Shown here piece by piece: positions 1 to 8,590 of a DNA stretch of 14,797 nucleotides. The DNA is taken from contig NW_021825701.1 in NCBI RefSeq assembly GCF_006345805.1, positions 1 to 14,797 of the forward strand. The letters are read 5' to 3'. The stretch comes from Octopus sinensis (lineage: Eukaryota). Within the stretch, counting starts at the first letter, position 1. Each line of letters starts with the position of its first letter. The notes under the pieces are model-generated. The model had not been told where the DNA came from and searched no databases. It saw nothing but the letters and a program-made list of their open reading frames with translations. A program made the translations under genes and the position numbers.

Positions 1-134
1 CGGATATGTAATCTAAAGCATTATATACGGAATTCTGCACGCATTCAGTACTTTTCATTAGCGTAAGGTCATCATAGGTTTTTACTGTTTTGTACTCACC
101 GTAGTATCAACCTAGTATGAATTATCAATGCAAT

Positions 135-378
135 TTATATATATATATGTTTTACGGAGATGTACTTGCATAGCAAGTGACCATATTTGAGATCGTATGC
201 TGAAACGAAAACAATTGCAGTGTGGAAGGTGTTTATAAGCCATTTAAAATCTAATGTTTTTGTGTTTTTAATTGGCCTATAAACACATTTCACGCTGCAA
301 TTGTATATATATATATATATATATATATTACGACAACACCCACACACCAAACACACAACACACTCACAACGACGCACA

Positions 379-432
<54 letters not shown>

Positions 433-448
433 GTATATATATGTATAT
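135..448. repeat. Compound microsatellite (TA)n/(CA)n
   Basis: TA runs at about 135-148, 302-328 and 421-448, and a CA run at about 331-420. Confidence 0.95.
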
Positions 449-461
449 AATGTTAGTATAG

Positions 462-638
462 TGGAATGAACCATTGAAATCTGCCTCTAAGTTGGAGAAA
501 ATGAAAACTCTAGCAGAGAACTTTAGTGACTCTCAAAAGGCCTTTTCGCAAAAGTAAATTATAGGGTTACTTGATAAGGTAGTTCTGGAAGCAAATAAAC
601 TATTGCAAGATTCTGGTATGACAGGTTGTGAAAGAAAG
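462..638 (+). other. Exon-like segment (59 codons) with one in-frame stop; unverified
   Basis: AG at 460-461 and AAG|GTATGC donor at 638/639. Reads WNEPLKSASKLEKMKTLAENFSDSQKAFSQK*IIGLLDKVVLEANKLLQDSGMTGCERK, with TAA at 555-557. No family recognised. Confidence 0.2.
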
Positions 639-841
639 GTATGCTTTAACACTGTACTGATATAACTGTGGTTCTTAACCATTTTTTTGTTCTAGCCTGT
701 GGACCCCTTCCATGCCTATTTTATTGGGATGGACTGTCATAGCTATTCACAGTTTTAAAAATCCTATTATATCTTGTTAATTAAACATTATTAAGCATTG
801 TATAAAAGAAATTGTTAATTTTTTTTGTGTATTTTGAGGTA

Positions 842-1169
842 CAGTGATCCCTTGCGGTTCACATTTCGCGGTTGCCCTTTCGCGGTTCACCTTTCGCGGT
901 TGCACTTTCCCGGTTCACCCTTTGCGGTTGCACTTTCGCGGTTCATCAATCACGATTAATTATTTAAACTATCAGCGATTCTTCCGTAGTATTGTTTTGC
1001 TTTTATAATAAAATAGATATATACAAAGACATGGCCTGGGCCTATACTGGCCGAAACCTATCAAAGTTATCAAAGTTATATGCAGTACAATACTGTTTCT
1101 ATTTCGCGGATTTTCACCTGTCGCGAGGGCCTTTGGAACATAACACCTGCAATATTCAAGGGATTACTT
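842..1169 (+). mobile_element. pogo/Tigger-like (Tc1/mariner superfamily) MITE, copy 1
   Basis: TA|cagtgatccctt ... aagggattactt|TA: imperfect TIR with a CAGT terminus and TA duplication (840-841, 1170-1171). Homologous in inverted orientation to 5952-6207. Confidence 0.75.
854..951 (+). repeat. 7 x 14-bp tandem repeat (gcggttcacctttc-like) inside the MITE
   Basis: Units start at 854, 868, 882, 896, 910, 924 and 938. Confidence 0.9.
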
Positions 1170-1266
1170 TATAGGCAATTTCTTGGACGTAATGTTTTTA
1201 AAAAATCTTCTATAGAACCCCAAAGGCTAAACAGACCTCGCTTGGAAACCGCCCTTGTATAATATA

Positions 1267-1499
1267 TATTTCTTTACTACCCGCAAGGGGATAAACACAG
1301 AGGGGACAAACAAGGACAGACAAACGGATTATGTCGATTACATCGACCCCTGTGCGTAACTGGTACTTAATTTATCGACCCCGAAAGGATGAAAGGCAAA
1401 GTCGACCTCGGTGGAATTCGAACCCAGAACGTAACGGCAGACGAAATACGGCTACGCATTTCGCCCGGCGTGCTAACGATTCTGCCAGCTCGCCGCCTT
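1267..1499 (-). mobile_element. tRNA-derived SINE, family A, copy 1
   Basis: Minus strand begins ggcggcgagctggcagaatcgttagc (A-box-like), has B-box gggttcgaattcc (1413-1425) and ends gtagtaaagaaa. 16-bp TSD gccctYgtataatata at 1251-1266 and 1500-1515. About 92% identical (about 19 differences in 229 nt, counted by eye) to 6630-6858. Confidence 0.9.
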
Positions 1500-1940
1500 G
1501 CCCTCGTATAATATAGAGTCAACGTGGAAGTCAATACGTGGTGAATGGACCAGCTAGACGTAGTGGCCAAACTATCATAGATGTGACCGTCTCTGCTGGA
1601 AATGATATTGGATATTTTCGCACAATGTAGAACTAAAAATACAATCGTTGAAGAACTGGTCCCAGAGGCTGAATCATTTTTAATTATAAGTCTACTGATT
1701 CGGAGTTAATCAAGTGTTAAATAAGAGCAGCGGGAACCACATGGGCATGGTATAAAGATAGCATTAATTCATCTAGCATAAATATTAATACTTTCGTATT
1801 GTTCATGTGATAACACTGTAACTGCAAAGAATATTTATATTGTTATGAGATAGCATTAACATATTATCGGTATACTATTTTCATAGTATGTTGTATCAGC
1901 ACAGAATTTTCTCTGTGTATCTTTCTATCCATATATTTGC

Positions 1941-2105
1941 GCGCATACATACATACACATATACACATACATACATACATACATACATACTACATACATA
2001 CAATATACATACATACATACATGCATACACACATACATACATACACATATACATACATACATACATACATACATACATACATACATACACTCACACACGC
2101 ATACA
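1941..2105. repeat. (TACA)n microsatellite
   Basis: Direct reading of atacatacatac runs. Confidence 0.95.
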
Positions 2106-2396
2106 TAAGCATAATAAAACAGGAAGTTGTTAAATTCTTTGCTATTATTTATTCCCCATTACACATGTTTCATTTGATAACACACATATACATATATATA
2201 CACAGAGGGAGGAGGGGAAGAGAGGGGAAGGAAAGAGAGAGGGGATGGGGAGAAAGATGGGGGAGGCGGCGGGGAAGAGAGAGGGGGAGGGAAATTGAGA
2301 GCCTAGTATCAACATGGTATCTGCATGCATGCAAAAAATGCAAATACATTTTTTTGTAATGGAAAAATGGTAAATATTAAAAAGGTGGAAACAGGA

Positions 2397-2620
2397 GACG
2401 CAGGAGTGGCTGTGTGGTAAGTAGCTTGCTTGCCAACAACATGGTTCCGGGTTGATCTCCACTACGTGGCACCTTGGACAAGTGTCATCTACTATAGCCT
2501 CGGGTTAACCAAAGCATTGTGTGTGGATTTGGCTGACAGAAACTGAAAGAAGCCCGTCATATATATATATATATATATATATAGTGTGTGTGTGTGTATG
2601 TGTGTGTTTGTGTGTGTATG

Positions 2621-2666
<46 letters not shown>

Positions 2667-2880
2667 GTGTTTGTGTGTCTGCGTTTGTCCCCCCACATCG
2701 CTTGACAACCGATGGTGGTGTGTTTACGTCTCCGTAATGTAACGGTTCGTCAAAAGAGTCCGATAGAATAAGTACCCAGGCTTACAAAGAATAAGTTCTG
2801 GGGGTCATTGTTCTCGACTAAAGGTGGTACTCCAGCATGACCGCAGTCAGATGACTGAAACAAGTAAAAGAAAAAAAAAA
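2397..2880 (+). mobile_element. tRNA-derived SINE, family B, copy 1, with internal (TA)n(TG)n microsatellite
   Basis: Head gcaggagtggctgtgtggtaagtagcttg...ggttccgggtt, core gaaactgaaagaagcccgtc, microsatellite at about 2559-2680, and 3' end gactgaaacaagtaaaag plus A-tail. Homologous to 5550-5828 (-) and 10893-11285 (+). Confidence 0.9.
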
Positions 2881-3329
2881 GGAAGAATAAAAGAGGGGCG
2901 GAGAGAGAGAGAGACAGATAGAAAGATAGACAGAGAGAGGGGGAGACAAAGGGAGAGAGATAGATGAAGAAGGTGGTGAGTGAGATAGACGGGAATACGG
3001 AGATTTGTTAGTATTGCAAAGGGAGCACAATGTCTGTGAATTCGTGTTTGTGTGTGTGAATGTGTGTTCGAGCGTCTGCGGTTGTGTGTGAGCGTGTGTC
3101 TGCATGCGTACGTGTGTGTGTGTGTTTCTAATTTGCGTGAGTGTAGTGTAGTGTAATGTCCTCAGGTAAATGTGTGTGTGTGTGTGTTTGTGTGTGTGTG
3201 TTTGAGGCGAAATGACTTGACAAGTGAGGAACGAAATTCTAGAAAGTTACGATGAATAGCGCAAGAAGAAAGAAACAATGACAAGGAGACAATGAATGAT
3301 TCAATAAATGAATGAAAGACAAGAAGGAG

Positions 3330-3376
<47 letters not shown>

Positions 3377-3696
3377 CAAACAGAAAGAAAGGCAAACAAA
3401 CAGAAAGAAAGTCAGACAGAAACAAGCAAAGAAAGAAGGAAAGAGAGACAGTTAGAGAGACAGAAAGAAAGAAGAAAGGAAAAAGAAAGAAATGAAAAAA
3501 GAAAGAAAGGAAGAAACTTGAAAGAAACAAAAAGAAGGCTGGAAGATAAACAAAATGTAAAACATGGGAAATAATGAGAAAGAGACAGAAAGAGAGTGTG
3601 TGTGAGAGAGAGAGAAAAAAAAGAAAGAAAAAAAGAAAGAATGAAAGAAACTTGAAAGCAACAAAAGGAAGAGTGGAAGAGACAGAAAGACTGTGT

Positions 3697-3733
<37 letters not shown>

Positions 3734-4340
3734 AGAAAGAAAGAAAAGAAAGTGAAAATATCTTCCGAGATGTAACAATGATATGTGACATACCCAGGCC
3801 CATATTGTTGGTGATTGAAATAAGAGAGAAGAGAAAAGATAGATGAATAGAGAGAGAGAGAGAGAGAGAGAGAGATAGGAAGAGAGAGGGGAAGAGAGAG
3901 GGGGAAGAGGGAGACAAAGAGAATAAAGTACTGATGGTGATTTTGAATGTGATGTATAGAGACGAATAAAAGAAAGCGGATGAAGGATAAAGAAAAAGTG
4001 TAAATGTTAGAGAGAGAGAGAGAACGAAAGAGAAAGAGAGAAAAAGAGAGAGAGGGAGAGACAGAGTGTGTGTGTGTGTGCATGTGTGTGTGCGTGTGTG
4101 TGTGCGTATGAAAGTAGTAATAGATCTGAAGAAAGAAAAACTATTAATATATTCATGATAATAATGAAAGAGGAAATATGCATATTACATATAAGAACCA
4201 ATGACTTACAGAAAGAGAGAGAGAGGGGGGAAGAGGGGCGTAAGACGAAGAAGGAGGGGTAGGATGTGAGTGAAATGGCAGAGAGCGGTGGAGAGAAAAT
4301 AGAGAACAGTGCGTGTGTATGATGGAAGAATTAGTTGGAA
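2881..4340. repeat. Purine-rich low-complexity tract: (GA)n, (GAAA)n, with interspersed (GT)n
   Basis: Near-continuous AG/GAAA runs on the + strand. Confidence 0.9.
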
Positions 4341-4640
4341 GTGAAAGTGAAAGTAGAGTGGAAGATGTAATAACGTTCACAGACATTGGATCTGTGTGGT
4401 ACCATAAGATAACATGGAAGATATGAGCTATAGTAAAAGGAGTGAGATAAGTTTAGGTGAGGGAGGGATACTGGGAACAATAGGGATACTAAAGCTGAAG
4501 GGGGGTATCAAGATATGCGTGTGTGGATGTATGTGTGTGCGTAATTATTTGAATGCACCAACCCAGATATATGTGCGTCTACATATATATATATATATAT
4601 ACAGACACATACGTATAAGTCGTATAAGTATAGAGACACA

Positions 4641-4661
4641 TATATCTATGTATGCATATAT

Positions 4662-4714
<53 letters not shown>

Positions 4715-4855
4715 TATATCCATTCGTATGTATGTATTCATAAACGTGTGTATGTATATTTTTATGCATATGTATATCTTCATCCATACACAAACACACA
4801 CAGGCATGTAATCACAGGCATGTAATATAATATAGTATAATATATCTATGTATGC

Positions 4856-4888
<33 letters not shown>

Positions 4889-5041
4889 GATATATATATA
4901 TATATATAATATATAGACATATATCCATACGTATGTATGTATGTATGAATATTCATAAACGTGTGTATGTATATTTTTATGCATATGTATATCTTCATCC
5001 ATACACAAACACACACAGGCATGTAATATAATATAGTATGA
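4641..5041 (+). repeat. Tandem duplication, about 200-bp unit x2
   Basis: Units start at 4641 and 4841 (tatatctatgtatgc...) and share the unique core tattcataaacgtgtgtatgtatatttttatgcatatgtatatcttcatccatacacaaac. Confidence 0.92.
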
Positions 5042-5549
5042 TATATATATGTTTTCGCATATGTATGTGTGAGTGTGCGTGTTTATGTCTATCAGTTTAT
5101 GCCTGCCTAAAGACCATGCGGTACTTGTTAAAATAGTAGAATAAAATGGAAAGCATAGATATAAGAGGCATCATCGTAAATATATCGTTGTTGCTTAGCC
5201 CCAGGTCAAACCCGATCGACTTGTCCTTTGATTAAATGCATTGTAATCACAACCACCCTCTCTTACATGGTGTGCGTCTAACAATAGATTCTTCAGGCTT
5301 TATCTCCCTCTTCCACATATAAAACGGCACGTCCGATATAAAGTATATACGGGCAGGTGGAATTCCTCCTATTTCAATGAGGTCAAGCCCTTACCTACGC
5401 GTATTTTTGATATGGTACAGCAGGAATAAATTATATATGTATTGAGTAATGTGATACCAAGAGTCGGAAGAACTGTGATAATGCGTTGCTATAAAATTTG
5501 GACTGAAACTGATAGCACAGCTATGAGATTTATTTATGTGCGTATCACA

Positions 5550-5828
5550 TTACTCATTTACTTGTTTCAGTCATTTGACTGTGGCCATACTGGAGCACCG
5601 CCTTTAGTCGAGGAAATCGACCCCAGGACTTATTCTTTGTAAGCCTAGTACTTATTCTATCGGTCTCTTTTGCCGAACCGCTAAGTTACGGGGACGTAAA
5701 CACACTAGCATCGGTTGTCAAGCGATGTTGGGGAGGGGGACAAATGCTACACACAAACATACACATATATATATGCATATAAACGACGGGCTTCTTTCAG
5801 CTACTTACCACACAGCCACTCCTACGCC
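5550..5828 (-). mobile_element. SINE family B, copy 2, internally deleted
   Basis: Reverse complement of the family B 3' half. ttctttcag is joined directly to ctacttaccacacagccactcctacgcc (head), so roughly 110 bp including the B-box is missing relative to copy 1. Confidence 0.88.
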
Positions 5829-5951
5829 TATACATATATTTGATTTTGTTTTTATTGCTGTAGCCATTATTTAGTTGGTTGTTGTAACAGTTTTCGTAGC
5901 TGATGAGGCAACTCTGTCGGAAATGACCTCTAAACAATGATGTTCTGGCCT

Positions 5952-6207
5952 TGTTGCGTCTCAAGACCGATAGGTGAAAATCCACAAAGTAGAAACAGTA
6001 CTGTACTGTATATATTTTTATAATTTATATATATATTTATTTTACTATAAATACAAAACAACACCACAGAGCAATCGACGTAAGCTTAAATAATAAACCG
6101 CAATATGTGAACCGCGATATGTGAACCGCGATAAGTGAATCGCAATAAGTGAACGGCGATGGGTGAACCACCATAGGTGAACCGCGATATGGTGAGAGTT
6201 TACTGCA
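5952..6207 (-). mobile_element. pogo/Tigger-like MITE, copy 2 (one end truncated)
   Basis: aggtgaaaatccacaaagtagaaacagtactgtac is the reverse complement of copy 1's gtacaatactgtttctatttcgcggattttcacct. It has 7 x 14-bp repeats at 6096-6193 and the end gagagtttactg. Confidence 0.8.
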
Positions 6208-6629
6208 ACTAGGAACAGCATTATTCAATATCTTCTTATTTTGTTCTTTTAAAGCGGCAGGACGTGATTTGAAACCGCTTCTGAGTTTGCTGCAACTAAC
6301 ATGTTGAGTAGGTGCCTAAAATTTGCTATGCTAGTTTAAAATAATACTTAGTGATGAATTTAGTGATATTTGTATGTTGGTATGGAGTGGAAGAAAAAGT
6401 CACTCACAGCCGGTCGACAAAAGTGTTTGAAAGTTAAAAGTACAGCTACGAGTTTATCAGGATATGCAGAAATATAGTTTATGTTAATAGTATGGACAGG
6501 AGGAGGAAGAACATATAGAAATGGAAAGGAGTTGAAACATAGAAGCGGAGGAGGAGAGATTTTTGAATGAAGAAACTGAGAAAAATACGAAAGGAAGGAA
6601 GTGCGAAGTTATAGGTGTGTGCGACTATA

Positions 6630-6858
6630 GGCGGCGAGCTGGCAGAACCGTTAGCACGCCGGGCGAAATGCGTAGCCGTATTTCGTCTGCTGTTACGTTC
6701 TGAGTTCAAATTCAGCCGAGGTCGACTCTGCCTTTCATCCTTTCGGGATCGATAAATTAAGTACCAGTTACACACTGGGGTCGATGTAATCGACTTAATC
6801 CGTTTCTCTGTCCGTGTTTGTCCCAACTATGTTTAGCCCCTTGTGGGTAATAAAGAAA
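6630..6858 (+). mobile_element. tRNA-derived SINE, family A, copy 2
   Basis: ggcggcgagctggcag..., B-box gagttcaaattc, ends taataaagaaa. 23-bp TSD agttatMggtgtKtgcgactaYa at 6607-6629 and 6860-6882 (3 mismatches). Confidence 0.9.
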
Positions 6859-7049
6859 CAGTTATCGGTGTTTGCGACTACACAGCTACAGTAGTGTAAA
6901 CATGCCTGAAGGTAGAGGTGGAAAGAGAGACACTCAGATAGAAAGAGGGAGACAGACAGACAAACAGACACATAGGCAGAAACACACGCACACACACATA
7001 CAAACAGAGAACCGTTTGTAGCAGTTTTAAAATATGATGAGTTTTTTAG

Positions 7050-8006
7050 TTCTTTTCGCCGCAGACTTTCGCCATACGGAACCAATCAATCCACAATATA
7101 CTCCACATTATACGATACATCACAGAGAAGAGATGTAAGAAACCTGGTTCAAGTAAAACCCTGCTCACGTTATATCAACCGAAATATTTTGATAGGGTTG
7201 AACACCAGCATTCAGTCAGATTTAACCCCGTCTTCCATGGTCAGATTCTTGCAATGTGCAGCGATACCTGCTCGGAGGTTATTGTTAATAACCACATATT
7301 AGAACCATCAGAATCCTGCAATTTATCCATCAGTTATCGCTTATCTCTTCTGAAACTTAAGTCAGTACTCTGTAGCATCTTCTGAGAACCGGGATGCTGA
7401 AGATCTGATCCACCGGTAGATAAAATCTGCAGATATGGAAGTATCGTAAGAAGGGATTGTCCAAGATGTGAGGAAGATTAATTATTGGTCTTCTTCTATA
7501 GAGGCGGAGAGGTTGAAAAGGTGGTGGAAAAGCACCATAAGGGAGCACCTTTAGCCTCCACACAGGATCCCGAATGGCCTCCGCAGATAGCTGTGGAGGT
7601 CATAACGTTGGCCGTGACGTATTGGCTGGAGGGACTCAATGAGAAATATCGCTTGTACCCGGGCGACGCTGACACGGCACCCACTTTGAGCTTGAATGAG
7701 GCGTGGGTGATGGCGGAGTGTGCGGGCACAAGCGATGTTGAGGAGGAATATGGATAAGAGGTTGAAAAGCCTCAGTGTTATTGAAAGTTCCTTTTGTTAT
7801 TAAATATTGGGAACAGTGTAGAGGTTTGTTGCCTAATGAACAATAAACAAGAGATCAATGTCCTCGGGAAAAATCGATCGGTGATCCGTCGCTCCCCCCG
7901 CCCCCATTAATCATCATTTTTCATTTTCATTTCATAGAACATTATGTCTACGTCTAACCCGCAGCTTCCTTTCTCGTGTAAGGCCTTATGGCCAATATAA
8001 TGAAAT
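7050..8006 (+). mobile_element. Degenerate, internally deleted L1/Tx1-clade non-LTR retrotransposon (RT fragment, C-terminal zinc-knuckle remnant, 3' UTR)
   Basis: Stop-free frame 7050-7385: PQTFAIRNQSIHNILHIIRY...LLTLYQPKYFDRVEHQ...FNPVFHGQILAMCSD...VIVNNHILEP, resembling the L1/Tx1 RT motifs QTCAIPGRSIHDN, LDQxKAFDRVxH and VNGxLSEP. Then EPGC*RS joined to PVDKICRYGSIVRRDCPRC (CxxC region). YADD is absent. A GC-rich 3' region follows and ends in aatataatgaaat. Confidence 0.8.
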
Positions 8007-8449
8007 AAAGAAGGGATTCTCCAAGATGTGTGTATTTTTCTTCTATTTTTATTTACTTTTCTTTATACTTCTTCCTCGGTGAGGTAGACAATGGTTTAAA
8101 CTGTCGCTTAATTTAAACTCTTTTATTTTGTGCCGAATACATTCAAGGTCAAATATGAAGAATATGAAGAATATCAATCTTCCTGAAAATGAAAATTTAT
8201 ATATTACACTAAGTTTAAAAGGAAAAAGGTTTCAATAGAAACTGCTATGAAAGAATCTAAACGGTTTTATATAACGAAATAATTATGAGAAAATTAAAAG
8301 AAACGACAAGAAGAATCAGAAGAATTATATTATTAGTTAGACGATCAATAATCTTAAAATCCGCTTCTTGAAGACGTAGTAACATTGCAGAAACAAGGGA
8401 TAAAGTTGTATTCTTTTAAACAGAAAACCCAACATTACGACAGTATATT

Positions 8450-8590
8450 CGTGCGTGTATTTGTGTACGTGTGTATTCGTGTGTGTGTATGTGCGTGTGT
8501 GTGTATGTTATACATGTGTGTGTATGTATAAATGTATGTAGGTAGGCAGGGATATAGGTAGGTAAGTAGGTAGGAGGCAGGTAGGTAGTG
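8450..8590. repeat. (GT)n/(TAGG)n microsatellites
   Basis: Direct reading. Confidence 0.9.

Larger units (their letters stand above)
666..1254 (+). mobile_element. hAT-like MITE, interrupted by a pogo/Tigger-like MITE
   Basis: 5' end ctgtggttcttaacc...tggacccc and 3' end gaaccccaaagg...cttggaaaccgccc form a degenerate TIR of the cagtggttctcaac type. Flanking 8-mers tgatataa (658-665) and ttgtataa (1255-1262) match at 6/8, consistent with an 8-bp hAT TSD. Confidence 0.5.

Noticed and set aside
93-125. Minus-strand tag|GTTGATACTACG|gtgagta, a possible 12-nt microexon
   Set aside because: Good donor but a weak polypyrimidine tract; such matches occur by chance and need RNA evidence.
854-951. 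Regular short repeats as a CRISPR array (also 6096-6193)
   Set aside because: Head-to-tail units without unique spacers, eukaryotic context and no cas genes.
1400-1497. tRNA gene (also 6630-6720 and the SINE B heads)
   Set aside because: A and B boxes are present but there is no cloverleaf; they continue into SINE bodies with tails and TSDs.
135-2742. ORFs made of CVCV, HTHT, YIYI and MYVC repeats (also at 4414-5014, 10418-10853, 12154-12491 and 13488-13841)
   Set aside because: Microsatellite read-through, not coding.
3162-4083. Long minus-strand ORFs (251, 223 and 108 aa) rich in S/F/L and plus-strand K/E/R ORFs
   Set aside because: These are translations of (GA)n/(GAAA)n repeats, which lack stop codons by composition.
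5186-5260. gttgttgcttagccccaggtcaaacccgatcgac, reminiscent of the 3' tail of another SINE on the minus strand
   Set aside because: Short, degenerate and has no second copy in the window; it rests only on recollection.
5896-5935. CTGATGA-ggca-actc-tgtc-GGAAA hammerhead-like string
   Set aside because: The 5' core and a 4-bp stem II are present, but the GAAA register is off and neither stem III/NUH nor stem I pairs convincingly. At best a heavily decayed remnant.
842-6858. Large inverted segmental duplication
   Set aside because: Repeat order is not mirrored, intervening unique DNA is unrelated, and the SINE copies have their own TSDs.
7485-7757. 90-aa (+) and 77-aa (-) ORFs
   Set aside because: They lie in the GC-rich 3' region of the LINE remnant and carry no recognisable motif.
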